This document shows, one piece after another, positions 16,157 through 25,625 of a DNA stretch of 31,313 bases. The notes beneath the pieces were generated by a model. It did no database searches. It had not been told where the DNA came from and worked only from the letters and a program-made list of their open reading frames with translations. The stretch covers positions 1-31,313 of the forward strand of contig JBDRBN010000132.1 in the NCBI GenBank assembly GCA_043822785.1, written 5' to 3'. Origin of the DNA: Pseudomonadota bacterium. Its GTDB lineage: Bacteria; UBA10199; 2-02-FULL-44-16; JAAZCA01. A program made the translations under genes and the position numbers. How positions within the stretch are numbered: the first letter of the stretch is position 1; each line of letters opens with the position of its first letter.

Positions 16157-17854
16157 ATGGAAGAACGCAGTTTAGGTTCTATATTGCTTGAAACAACCTC
16201 GCTTACCGAGGAGCAGCTGGAACAGGCGCTCGCAGTGCAGCGTGAACGCGGGGTCAAACTGGGCGAAGTGTTGGTACAGCTTAAGTTCCTAAGAACAGAG
16301 GATGTTCTAAAAGCTCTCTCCATTCAGCTAGGCTTCCCATACGAGAACAAGATAGAAGTGGATGCCATTTCAGGCGACCTCATAGCAAATTTGCCCATCA
16401 ACTATGCCAAACAGAATGAAGTGCTTCCGCTAAAGAAGGAACATGGCAGCATCTTGGTGGCAATTGCAGATCCCACAAACTTCTATGCGCTCGACGATTT
16501 GCGCATGCTATATGGTTGCGACATCAAATCCGTGATCGCATCTTCCTATGAGATAGTAAACGCTATCAATGCACTTTATAACCGGATGACTGGTGCAGGG
16601 GAAGAGGCCATGGGCGAGCTGGAAGAGGGTGCTGAGATCGCAGATGAATTCAACGAGCCTGTGGATCTCTTAGATGCAGACGATGAAGCGCCGATCATTC
16701 GACTGGTCAATTCTTTGCTCTTTCGCGCGGTTAAGCAGAAGGCCAGCGATATCCATGTTGAGCCGTTTGAGCGCGATCTCAAGATAAGGTTTCGCATCAA
16801 CGGCATACTCTACGATGTCATGTCTCCTCCAAAGCGAGCACAGAGCGCCATCATATCGCGCGTCAAGGTCATGAGCCAGCTCAACATAGCAGAGAAGAGA
16901 ATGCCGCAGGATGGCAGGATACGCATCAAGATAGCTGGCAAGGATATCGACATCCGCGTTTCCACAATACCAATTGCGCATGGCGAGAGCGTAGTGATGA
17001 GACTTTTGGATGCCACCACTGTGCTTCTTGATATGGATACTTTGGGCTATACTCCTAAAAACCTCGAGATATTTAAAGACCTCATCACTCATCACAATGG
17101 AATTATTCTCGTTACCGGTCCAACAGGGTCCGGAAAGACCACCACGCTTTATTCAGCGCTTACTCGTCTCAACACCGAGGAAGTGAAGATCATTACCGTT
17201 GAGGATCCTGTGGAGTATCAGCTGCACGGCGTAAATCAGATGCAGGTGAACCCCAAGATAGAACTCACATTTGCGTCAGGTTTGAGATCTTTTCTCAGAC
17301 AAGATCCTGACATCATAATGGTCGGTGAGATCAGAGATAAGGAAACAGCTGAAGTTGCCATTCAAGCTTCGCTCACAGGTCACTTGGTGCTCTCCACGCT
17401 GCATACGAACGATGCTCCCAGTTCCATAACAAGGCTTGTGGACATGGGCGTGGAACCATTTTTGGTGGCGTCATCAGTGCTGGGCATCTTGGCTCAGAGG
17501 CTTGTAAGAACTGTGTGTAGAGATTGTGCCAGAAAATATACGCCTGACGCAGAGGAATTGGCGATGATAGGCCTTACGCTTGGCGATCTCAAGGGGAGGC
17601 AGATCTATAGGCCGGTCGGCTGCCCTAATTGTATGGAGACAGGTTATGCGGGCCGAGCAGGTATACACGAGATCCTGCGCGTGACAGATGCTGTGAGGGC
17701 AGAGCTCATGAAGGGCTCAGACGCAACTACGATCAAGAAGGTGGCTGTGGCTGAGGGAATGTCTACGCTTAGGCAGGATGCAGCACAGAAGGTATTGACT
17801 GGACTTACAACAGTAGCAGAGGTTTTGAGAGTGACACAGGCGGAGAGCGAATAG
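16157..17854 (+). CDS. gspE: Type II secretion ATPase
   Basis: MshEN-like N-terminus, ASDIH, Walker A GPTGSGKT, LRQDPD, CxxC...CxxC. Confidence 0.96.
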   Translation: MEERSLGSILLETTSLTEEQLEQALAVQRERGVKLGEVLVQLKFLRTEDVLKALSIQLGFPYENKIEVDAISGDLIANLPINYAKQNEVLPLKKEHGSILVAIADPTNFYALDDLRMLYGCDIKSVIASSYEIVNAINALYNRMTGAGEEAMGELEEGAEIADEFNEPVDLLDADDEAPIIRLVNSLLFRAVKQKASDIHVEPFERDLKIRFRINGILYDVMSPPKRAQSAIISRVKVMSQLNIAEKRMPQDGRIRIKIAGKDIDIRVSTIPIAHGESVVMRLLDATTVLLDMDTLGYTPKNLEIFKDLITHHNGIILVTGPTGSGKTTTLYSALTRLNTEEVKIITVEDPVEYQLHGVNQMQVNPKIELTFASGLRSFLRQDPDIIMVGEIRDKETAEVAIQASLTGHLVLSTLHTNDAPSSITRLVDMGVEPFLVASSVLGILAQRLVRTVCRDCARKYTPDAEELAMIGLTLGDLKGRQIYRPVGCPNCMETGYAGRAGIHEILRVTDAVRAELMKGSDATTIKKVAVAEGMSTLRQDAAQKVLTGLTTVAEVLRVTQAESE

Positions 17855-17862
17855 ATTATATA

Positions 17863-17897
17863 GCGAGAAATGCGAGACAGGCGAGAAAAGCAAGAAA
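17863..17897 (+). repeat. 9-bp tandem repeat, single arm
   Basis: gcgagaaat gcgagacag gcgagaaaa gcaagaaa. Confidence 0.75.
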
Positions 17898-17924
17898 CGT
17901 TAAGAGCTAATAACAAGAGGTTGT

Positions 17925-19151
17925 ATGCCGGTATTTGAATACGTAGGAATAGATTCCAAGGGAAAGCGCGCAGCAGGTACGGTGGATGGCGATAGTGAGA
18001 GGGTTGTTCGCCAAAAGCTGCGCCGTATGGGCGTCTTTCCCACATCTTTGATCATAGAGGGCAGCTCAAAGCAAAAAGTAGGCCTCGGAATGCAAGTCGA
18101 TGTGGGTAAGTATTTGCAGCGCATCAAGACAGCTGAAGTCGCCCTCATGACCAGACAGCTTTCAACCCTTATTGCATCGAGCATTCCTTTGGTGGATGCC
18201 TTGTCTGCGCTAGTAGATCAAATCGAAAATCCCAAACTGCGAAATGTCGTGTCCCGCGTAAGGGAAAAGGTTACCGAGGGCAGTAAGCTTTCAGATGCCA
18301 TGCGCGGTTACCCTAAAGTGTTCAGCGATCTCTATGTAAACATGATAAATGCGGGTGAGACGAGCGGTGCGCTTGAGATTGTGCTTTTGCGCTTGGCCGA
18401 TTTTATGGAGGCGCAGGCCAAACTCCGCAGCAAGGTCATTGGCGCTATGATCTATCCGGTCATAATGTCGTTCGTTGGCGCAGGTCTCATGATTATGCTG
18501 CTCGTCTATGTAGTTCCCAAGGTAACCAAGATATTCGAGGATGTTGATGCCACATTGCCTTTGCCCACAAGAATATTGATGTCCGTAAGCAATGCCCTGT
18601 CCAGTTACTGGTATCTGTTTATCCTTTTTCTGTTCGTAGCTATATATATGATAAGGCGCTTTCTCAGAACGCCCAAAGGCAGAGCGTGGTGGGACAAAAA
18701 GCTGCTCACGCTTCCGCTTCTTGGCCGGATCAATAAGTTAATAATCGTGGCCCGCTTTTCGCGGACGCTGGCAACGCTTTTGGCAAGCGGTGTTCCACTT
18801 CTGGGCGCATTGGATATAGTTAAGAATATCATCACAAACACAAGACTTAAGCAGGTTGTAGAGACTACCCGCGACAGTGTTCGCGAGGGTGCAAGCATAG
18901 CTGATCCACTCAAACGCAGCGGCGAATTTCCGCCCCTGGTGACTCACATGATTGCGATTGGTGAAAAAACAGGTGACTTGGAGAGGATGCTGGTGAGGAT
19001 TGCAGACACCTATGATGCGGATGTGGACACAACGCTATCAGCTTTGACAACGCTGTTGGAGCCAATAATGATACTGGTGATGGCGGGCGTGGTGTCCTTT
19101 ATAGTGATGTCGATATTGCTGCCAATTATGCAGTTGAATCAGCTGGGTTGA
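17925..19151 (+). CDS. gspF: Type II secretion inner-membrane platform protein F
   Basis: AGETSGAL, AMIYP, IGEKTGDL, LLEP motifs. Confidence 0.96.
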   Translation: MPVFEYVGIDSKGKRAAGTVDGDSERVVRQKLRRMGVFPTSLIIEGSSKQKVGLGMQVDVGKYLQRIKTAEVALMTRQLSTLIASSIPLVDALSALVDQIENPKLRNVVSRVREKVTEGSKLSDAMRGYPKVFSDLYVNMINAGETSGALEIVLLRLADFMEAQAKLRSKVIGAMIYPVIMSFVGAGLMIMLLVYVVPKVTKIFEDVDATLPLPTRILMSVSNALSSYWYLFILFLFVAIYMIRRFLRTPKGRAWWDKKLLTLPLLGRINKLIIVARFSRTLATLLASGVPLLGALDIVKNIITNTRLKQVVETTRDSVREGASIADPLKRSGEFPPLVTHMIAIGEKTGDLERMLVRIADTYDADVDTTLSALTTLLEPIMILVMAGVVSFIVMSILLPIMQLNQLG

Positions 19152-19156
19152 TTTAA

Positions 19157-19227
19157 TGCGAGACAGGCGAAAAATGCGAGACAGGCGAGATCGGTGAACC
19201 TTTCTCGCCGGCCTGGCTGGTCTCGCA
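19157..19227. repeat. 9-bp inverted array
   Basis: GCGAGA-type units x4, loop, TCTCGC-type units x3. Confidence 0.8.
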
Positions 19228-19326
19228 AGAAAGCATCCGACACTTTACAAATAGGTCACTAGTTGGCATTAATTACTAAAGCTACTTATAACCTGATTTG
19301 AATAAGCATGTTTTGAAAGGAGGGGG

Positions 19327-19785
19327 ATGATGAAGAAGAGGTTTCTTGCTGGCGAACGAGGTATGACACTTATCGAGATCATGGTTGTCATCACAATCCT
19401 TGGTCTTATCGCTACAGTTGTAACCGTAAACGTCCTCGATCGCCTAGATGAGGCGAAGATAGAAACGAGCAAAACGCAGATGAAGGTCTTTGAAGAAGCT
19501 CTAGACCAATTTCGCCGCGACAACGGCTTTTATCCTTCTACAGAGCAGGGGCTTTCGTCTTTGGTGGTAAAGCCAAGCATTGGTCGCATTCCAAGACGTT
19601 ATCCGTCTAGTGGCTATCTCAAAGGTGGCAGGGTTCCAAGAGATCCGTTTGATTGTGAATTCCAATACTACTGCCCTGGCATCCAAGGGCATGATTATGA
19701 AATCTATTCGCTAGGCAGGGATTGCCAAGAAGGCGGGGATGGAGTTGATGCTGATATCAGTTCATTTGAAGTAGAGGAGCAGTAA
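19327..19785 (+). CDS. gspG: Major pseudopilin G
   Basis: G|MTLIE prepilin site, YPSTEQGL, DPF, SLGRD..EGG...DI; strong AGGAGG RBS. Confidence 0.93.
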   Translation: MMKKRFLAGERGMTLIEIMVVITILGLIATVVTVNVLDRLDEAKIETSKTQMKVFEEALDQFRRDNGFYPSTEQGLSSLVVKPSIGRIPRRYPSSGYLKGGRVPRDPFDCEFQYYCPGIQGHDYEIYSLGRDCQEGGDGVDADISSFEVEEQ

Positions 19786-19794
19786 TCAATACGA

Positions 19795-19869
19795 GCGAGA
19801 AAAGCGAGAAACGCCAGCAACGCGAGAAACGCAAAAACAGATTTGCGCATATGTTGCTGGCGTTTTTTT
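19795..19869 (+). terminator. 9-bp repeat arm merged with a terminator-like hairpin after gspG
   Basis: AAACGCCAGCAAC (19809-19821) is complementary to GTTGCTGGCGTTT (19853-19865), with a T run to 19869. Confidence 0.6.
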
Positions 19870-19887
19870 AACTCATTGGAGCTATAG

Positions 19888-20559
19888 ATGCGATCAAGTC
19901 GCACAAATGCTAGCTGTCGCAATGGTTTTACGCTCTTGGAGATAGTTGTCTCCTTAGCTGTTGTGAGCCTTATACTCGGTGTAGTCATAAGCCGAATGGA
20001 TACCATGCTGGAATGGGATATGAAGAAGGCGTCGAACAAGCTCGCCTCAACCATGCGCTATCTCTATAATAAGGCAGCTTCAGAGGGTCTGTACATCCGC
20101 CTGGTGCTGGATATCGATGAGAATGCATACTGGGTAGAGGCTACAACAGATCCTTTTGTAATCTCAACAGGTGAGGAAGGCGAAAAGTCGGCTAAACAAA
20201 CAAAAAAAACAGAAGGGGAACAAGGAGCTGAAACCAAAGGGCTTGAAGGTTTAACAGAAGAGGAAGAGGGCTATGGGCTAAAGCCAAGCGAACCTGTATT
20301 TACGCCTGTGGAATCGCATCTTCTCAAACCCACTAAACTTCCTGACACCGTATTTTTTAAAGATGTGTATGTGGAGCATCGGCGCACGGGTGTGGATGCA
20401 GGAAAAGAATCGATCTACTTCTTTCCTAATGGTTATGTAGAGCATGCGGTGATCAACCTGCGCAATGACGATGATGACATTAATTACTCGTTAGAAACAA
20501 ATCCTGTAAGCGGACGCGTGAACATTGAAGATCGATATAGGACTAGGGAAGAACAATAA
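19888..20559 (+). CDS. gspH: Minor pseudopilin H
   Basis: G|FTLLE site, FFPNG motif, position after gspG. Confidence 0.85.
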   Translation: MRSSRTNASCRNGFTLLEIVVSLAVVSLILGVVISRMDTMLEWDMKKASNKLASTMRYLYNKAASEGLYIRLVLDIDENAYWVEATTDPFVISTGEEGEKSAKQTKKTEGEQGAETKGLEGLTEEEEGYGLKPSEPVFTPVESHLLKPTKLPDTVFFKDVYVEHRRTGVDAGKESIYFFPNGYVEHAVINLRNDDDDINYSLETNPVSGRVNIEDRYRTREEQ

Positions 20560-20630
20560 ACTAGTGATTAGTAATTAGTGACAAGTGATTGGCAACTGCA
20601 TTTACTAATCACTGATTACTAATCACGAGT
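20560..20630. repeat. Heptamer inverted array (AGTGATT / AATCACT)
   Basis: Arms around loop GGCAACTGCATTT; core matches 23337-23366 in reverse complement. Confidence 0.88.
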
Positions 20631-20646
20631 TATAAAATTTGAGCTT

Positions 20647-21120
20647 ATGTCTTTGCGCAAATCACATGATAGTGGCTTCACGTTATTAGAGGTGATGGTT
20701 TCCATTGCTATCCTAGCAGTAGCTCTCACAACTCTTCTTATGTTTTCAGGCAATACTCTCATAAAGAGCGGGCGCGCGGAAAAACTGCTTGTGGCAACGA
20801 TGCTTGCGCGCCAGAAGATGACCGAGATCGACATCGATTTGGAAAAAGCGAAGAAGAAAAAAGAGTTCCCTGACGAGAAGAGCGAGGACGGCTCATTTGA
20901 TGAACCCTTTGATGATTACAAATGGAAGATGGAAATCAGGCGCGTTGATCTGCCTGCTCCAGTTACAGGTGAGGAAGGCAGCATACAGGGTGTCATAGGA
21001 AAACAGCTCACCAAGGAAATAACCAAGACAGTTCGTGAGCTGAAGCTCACTGTCTTGTGGGAGGAGATGGGCGAGGAACAAACTATCGATGTGGTGACAC
21101 ATATTGTAAAATTGTGGTGA
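20647..21120 (+). CDS. gspI: Minor pseudopilin I
   Basis: G|FTLLEVMV site, size and operon position. Confidence 0.85.
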   Translation: MSLRKSHDSGFTLLEVMVSIAILAVALTTLLMFSGNTLIKSGRAEKLLVATMLARQKMTEIDIDLEKAKKKKEFPDEKSEDGSFDEPFDDYKWKMEIRRVDLPAPVTGEEGSIQGVIGKQLTKEITKTVRELKLTVLWEEMGEEQTIDVVTHIVKLW

Positions 21121-21124
21121 GGAT

Positions 21125-21943
21125 ATGGTTAGAAGAGAGAGTAAATCAGACCGAGCCCGCATTTGCTTCCGTGTCCGGAAGTTGTTAGGAGACGTTTGCG
21201 AAAAAGGCCGGATGTGGACGCGGGCGCGGAAGCGGCTTTGGGTCGAGGGTTTCACGTTGCTGGAAGTAATGGTGTCGGTGGGAATATTGGGCGTCATAAT
21301 GGTGCTCGTATGGTCTTCTACAGCACAGACCATAAGATCTAAGGATCGCGTTGAGGAGCGCGATCTTATGTTTCATTCAGGACAGGTAGCGCTCAAGAAG
21401 ATTGCAGATGACGTGGAGGTCGCTTTTCTAGCAACGACAGCTGCGGCAACCACGACAACAGCCTCAGCCGAAACAACTGCCCAGGCACCACCCACTGCAA
21501 ATTTTAAGACTTTCTTTATTGGCGAAGATCGTGGCGATCAGGATGCTCTCAAGTTTACATCTCTTTCTCACTTAAGGCTGGTTGCCAGTTCAAAGGAATC
21601 CGATCAGTGTAGGATCTCCTACGAGATCGTTCCGCATCCAGAAGAACCAGGGTTTTTTAATCTGGTACGCAGAGAGCAGCCATGGCTGGACAAGACCACC
21701 GATGTAGAGGGAAGGACGTTTGCGCTTGTCGAGAAGATAGTTAAGTTCAATGTGGAATACTACGATGAGCTTAAGAACGATTGGGGTAAGGAGTGGGATA
21801 CCGACAAGTTGGATTGGAAGGATCGCCTTCCCATGGCAGTGCGCATAAAAATCGTTTTTGCTGATCCAAACGATGAGACGCAAGAGATTCCTCTATCCAC
21901 TGCTGTGATGCCGGCTATGTGGAAGAATCCGATATCGCTATAA
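21125..21943 (+). CDS. gspJ: Minor pseudopilin J
   Basis: G|FTLLEVMV site, C-terminal W...LPMAVRI; GAGG before ATG 21125; long leader. Confidence 0.87.
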   Translation: MVRRESKSDRARICFRVRKLLGDVCEKGRMWTRARKRLWVEGFTLLEVMVSVGILGVIMVLVWSSTAQTIRSKDRVEERDLMFHSGQVALKKIADDVEVAFLATTAAATTTTASAETTAQAPPTANFKTFFIGEDRGDQDALKFTSLSHLRLVASSKESDQCRISYEIVPHPEEPGFFNLVRREQPWLDKTTDVEGRTFALVEKIVKFNVEYYDELKNDWGKEWDTDKLDWKDRLPMAVRIKIVFADPNDETQEIPLSTAVMPAMWKNPISL

Positions 21944-21945
21944 GG

Positions 21946-21979
21946 GCGAGAAAGGCGAGACAAGCGAGACAAGCGAGAA
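21946..21979 (+). repeat. 9-bp tandem repeat, single arm
   Basis: gcgagaaag gcgagacaa gcgagacaa gcgagaa fills the gspJ-gspK spacer. Confidence 0.8.
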
Positions 21980-23278
21980 ATGCATTTTATGAGATTGATC
22001 AGAAATAAAAAGGGCGTAGCTTTGATGCTGGTGTTGGCAGCCATCTCAGTGCTCACCGCTGTGGGCGTTGAGTTTGCATACAATACTAGCATCTATTACA
22101 ATCTTGCTCAGAATGAGCTTGACCGCCTTAAGGCCTATTACCTGGCAAAGTCTGCATTCAACTTCATGCAGCTGGAACTTAAATTCGATAAGCTGTTTAA
22201 AGAAACAGTGCAGAGTCAGAATTTAGGACAATACCTAGGCGGTAATGCGCAGCTTCCGCTTTGCCAACAATTTCCTCTGTCCACCGGGCTTATAAGAACG
22301 GTATTCATGGAGGGAGGGCTGGAAGGCCTTATGGGCAAGGAGGGTGGCGAAGAGGTTCCTGAAGCCGAAGTGGCAGAAGAAGGGATTGAGGACTTGCGAA
22401 AGGGTACGTCCATTTCCCAGGAGAAAGGGGCAGCGGATTTTCTTCAGTTCGACGGCGACTTTGATGGCGAATGTGTGGACGAGAGTACAAAAATAGATCT
22501 AAATGGCTTCTATGGCCTATCTCTATCGCCCAGTCCGGAGGGAACTCCGAGCCAGTTTGATCAATACAAGCAATTTATCTTTCGTTTTCTCTCACAGCCT
22601 AGGTTTAAGCTTTTATTTGAGAAGGCTGATGTGAGGGTTCCAGACGTTGCAAACAATATCGGCGATTGGGTTGATGACAATAGCGAGATGAACGATTTTG
22701 ACGGTCGGACAGGTGGTGCAGAAACAGCGCTCTATCAAAAGGATGAAGCTCCATATGAAGTTCGCAATAGCAAACTCATCACGCTTCTTGAGACATACCT
22801 GATCGATGGCGTGGTGGACACATGGTTTGAACCCATGATGGCGTACTTTACGATATACGGCGACAGCAAGATCAATGTCTGTACAGCAAGCGAAGAGGTG
22901 TTGGAGGGGCTTATTCGACGTTACGTTGATTCTACGCCAGATCTTCCGCCCCTTCGCCTTGAAGACCCCGAGGAGATGGGGCGCCTTACGACTGCTGTGT
23001 TAGAGGCTTGTGGTCAGGGAAATTCTGGCTCTCAGCTCAAACAGGACATTAATGCTGCTTTAAGTGCTGTGATAGGCAGTATAGCTGGTGGGCAACAAAC
23101 CGCTACCACATCAGGCTCCACAGGAGGATTTGCTGAATATGTGAGCACAGATAGTCGCTACTTTACGCTCAAGCTAGCAGGCCAGGTGGCTGATATCACA
23201 GTGCGTATCAAGGCGGTCCTTAATGTGACTGAGAGTGACCCAACCAAATGGAAGCTGCTATATTGGAGGGTTTATTGA
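21980..23278 (+). CDS. gspK: Minor pseudopilin K
   Basis: G|VALMLVL without Glu5, DESTKIDLN, DWVD, KINV.TA motifs. Confidence 0.9.
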   Translation: MHFMRLIRNKKGVALMLVLAAISVLTAVGVEFAYNTSIYYNLAQNELDRLKAYYLAKSAFNFMQLELKFDKLFKETVQSQNLGQYLGGNAQLPLCQQFPLSTGLIRTVFMEGGLEGLMGKEGGEEVPEAEVAEEGIEDLRKGTSISQEKGAADFLQFDGDFDGECVDESTKIDLNGFYGLSLSPSPEGTPSQFDQYKQFIFRFLSQPRFKLLFEKADVRVPDVANNIGDWVDDNSEMNDFDGRTGGAETALYQKDEAPYEVRNSKLITLLETYLIDGVVDTWFEPMMAYFTIYGDSKINVCTASEEVLEGLIRRYVDSTPDLPPLRLEDPEEMGRLTTAVLEACGQGNSGSQLKQDINAALSAVIGSIAGGQQTATTSGSTGGFAEYVSTDSRYFTLKLAGQVADITVRIKAVLNVTESDPTKWKLLYWRVY

Positions 23279-23288
23279 GATTGGGACT

Positions 23289-23315
23289 TTTACATAAAAC
23301 TTTGGGTGTGATAAT
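23289..23315 (+). promoter_or_regulatory. Possible internal promoter for gspLMN
   Basis: TGtGATAAT extended -10 with TTTACA upstream (15-bp spacing, suboptimal). Confidence 0.35.
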
Positions 23316-23401
23316 AGTGATTAGTGACTAGTAATTAGTGATTAGTAAAAGCAGTTGCCAATCACTGGTTACTGGTTACTGGTTACTGGTTACTGATCAC
23401 G
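23315..23401. repeat. Heptamer inverted array (AGTGATT / GGTTACT)
   Basis: Left tagtgat-type units; right ctggtta x4; loop AAAAGCAGTTGCC. Confidence 0.9.
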
Positions 23402-23410
23402 GGTTTCATT

Positions 23411-25033
23411 ATGCCTCACAGAATAATCGGCATAGACATAGGCAGTTATGCGGTAAAGGTAGCTGTGATCGATCGCAGTTTTCGCACCTTTGCGTTCACT
23501 GAGTTTTATGAGCGCCGGATTCAGTATAATGAGCTCCTAAGCCCTGAGGAGTCAAAGGCCATTGCCCTTCAGGGGCTCATCGACGATTATCACTTGGTGT
23601 GGGATGCTGTGAGCGTGGGTTTTTCTGCACAGCGAGTCACGTCCCGGCTTCTTACATTTCCCTTTAGCAACCTCAAGAAGATAGAGCAGACGGTTCGCTT
23701 TGAAATCGAAAGCTACATTCCTTTTGAGATGGATGAGGTAGTGCTTGACTATGCTGTGATCTGGCAAACAAAAGAAGCCTCTCGCGTGATGGTCGTATAT
23801 GTACAAAAGGGCGAGCTCGTAAAAGAGCTTTCAATGCTCTCAACTGTTGATCTGGATCCTCGATATGTATGTGTGGAGGGTGTGGATCAGATTGGCCTGG
23901 TAAACTTAGGCATGGTTCCACCGGAGGGGGCGTACGCGATCATAGACATTGGCCACAGTAAGAGCACGCTCACTATTTGCCGAGGTAAAAATCTGGGTTT
24001 CATCAGGGCCATATCAATTGCAGGCAAGAACATAACCGAGGCTATATCTGAAAAACTTTCCGTGCCCTATGAGGAAGCAGAGAGGCTTAAAATCGAGATG
24101 GGTCGTCTTCCCTTGCTAGGAGAAGAAGTTGTAGACGATATTTCCAAAGAGGTGGCCCAGGCAATACGCGAGGTGGTCGATGAACTTCTTCTTCACCTCC
24201 GTCAAACCCTTTTCACCTATCACGAGACTGAAGGCGTTCCTGTCGAGGGCGTTTATCTTTGCGGAGGTACGTCTAGACTTCCTGGTCTTGATCGATATCT
24301 ATCGGATACACTCAAGTTAAACGTGGCATATCTCAATTGCACGGAATTTCACTTTAGCCGTCTTGACCGTGCAGAGGCGCACAGGCATGTGATTCCTCAG
24401 GCTCTGGCGCTTGCCCTCAAGGGTGCTGCAGGCATAGGCCCGGACATCAACCTGCGCCGCGGCGAGTTTGCGTTCAAGGGTGATGTAGAACAGCTTGGAG
24501 GTGAAGTAAGAAGGGTGGGGGTTATCATAGGATTAGTTGTGTTTTTAGCGCTGCTTAGTTTTACTGCAAAGTACTACTTGGTGAAAAGGCAGATCGAAAA
24601 TATGGGTAGTGATGTGGCTGCCTTGGTAAAGCAAGCGCTGCCTGGAATTCCAGCGCCAAAGGCTAAGACTCCAAATGCAGCTATCTCACTAATTAAAGGT
24701 AGGCAGGCCGAGATAGACGAACGAATAAGAGAACTCGCTTCGGTGAGTGGCATATCCCCATTGGATATTCTCAAAGAGATATCCATGATTCTGCCGTCTC
24801 GAGATGAACTCACGCTTGAGGTTACGGATCTTGGCATATCCAAGGGCAAGGTAACGCTCGATGGAGTTGTGACCGACTTCAAGGCAGTCGATACTGTTCG
24901 GCAGGCACTTGAGAAATCAGGGATGTTTGCAAATGTGACTTCGGGCAATGTGCGAAAAGGCGTGAAGGGAGAGGTGAAGTTTAGCATGTCCATGGATATC
25001 GAGTTAGGAAAGGAAGAAGAAAGTGGCATTTAA
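23411..25033 (+). CDS. gspL: GspL with intact PilM-like actin-fold domain
   Basis: IGIDIGS, IIDIGH, YLCGGTSRL, INL motif, TM helix and PilN-like C-terminus. Confidence 0.87.
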   Translation: MPHRIIGIDIGSYAVKVAVIDRSFRTFAFTEFYERRIQYNELLSPEESKAIALQGLIDDYHLVWDAVSVGFSAQRVTSRLLTFPFSNLKKIEQTVRFEIESYIPFEMDEVVLDYAVIWQTKEASRVMVVYVQKGELVKELSMLSTVDLDPRYVCVEGVDQIGLVNLGMVPPEGAYAIIDIGHSKSTLTICRGKNLGFIRAISIAGKNITEAISEKLSVPYEEAERLKIEMGRLPLLGEEVVDDISKEVAQAIREVVDELLLHLRQTLFTYHETEGVPVEGVYLCGGTSRLPGLDRYLSDTLKLNVAYLNCTEFHFSRLDRAEAHRHVIPQALALALKGAAGIGPDINLRRGEFAFKGDVEQLGGEVRRVGVIIGLVVFLALLSFTAKYYLVKRQIENMGSDVAALVKQALPGIPAPKAKTPNAAISLIKGRQAEIDERIRELASVSGISPLDILKEISMILPSRDELTLEVTDLGISKGKVTLDGVVTDFKAVDTVRQALEKSGMFANVTSGNVRKGVKGEVKFSMSMDIELGKEEESGI

Positions 25034-25625
25034 GATGGGCCCACTCAATCTCAAGCAGCTTAAGCTTGAGAATATCTATAACGCCTACTTTGGCATGAGC
25101 CCGAGGGAGCAGACGTTTGCTCTAGTGGGCGCTGTGGTGGTCTTGGTGCTGGTAGTTGTTTTGCCTGTAGTGGTTGCATCCAGTAGGATTAGCCGGTTGG
25201 AAGAGGATGTTGTACAAGGAAAACGTCAATTTCGAGATGTGATGAGGGCGATAGAATCTTATAATGGACGAAAGACAGAGCTTTCCAGACTTCAACAAAC
25301 CCTTGCTGGCGGGTATGACTCCTCACTATCTACCACGATAGAGTCGCTTGCAGAAAAGAACAACATGAAGGATCAAATCGATTCGCTCAAAGCTAAAGTG
25401 ACGGCGCCATCTGATCTCTTTGAAGAATCTGCTGTGGACGTGAGGCTAAGGCATGTGGAGTTAAAACCCTTGATAGATTTCATGTATGCCATTGAGAACG
25501 ATCCAGAAAAGGCATTGCGCATAAAGACGCTCTCCATAAAACCGCGTTTCGATGAGAAGAAACTCGATATAACATTGACAGTCTCCACTTTCAGATTTCT
25601 TGAGGGGGCTGTGGAAGGTCTCTGA
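25023..25625 (+). CDS. gspM: Type II secretion protein M
   Basis: MSPREQ followed by TM, coiled coil and ferredoxin-like domain; operon position. Confidence 0.85.
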   Translation: MAFKMGPLNLKQLKLENIYNAYFGMSPREQTFALVGAVVVLVLVVVLPVVVASSRISRLEEDVVQGKRQFRDVMRAIESYNGRKTELSRLQQTLAGGYDSSLSTTIESLAEKNNMKDQIDSLKAKVTAPSDLFEESAVDVRLRHVELKPLIDFMYAIENDPEKALRIKTLSIKPRFDEKKLDITLTVSTFRFLEGAVEGL

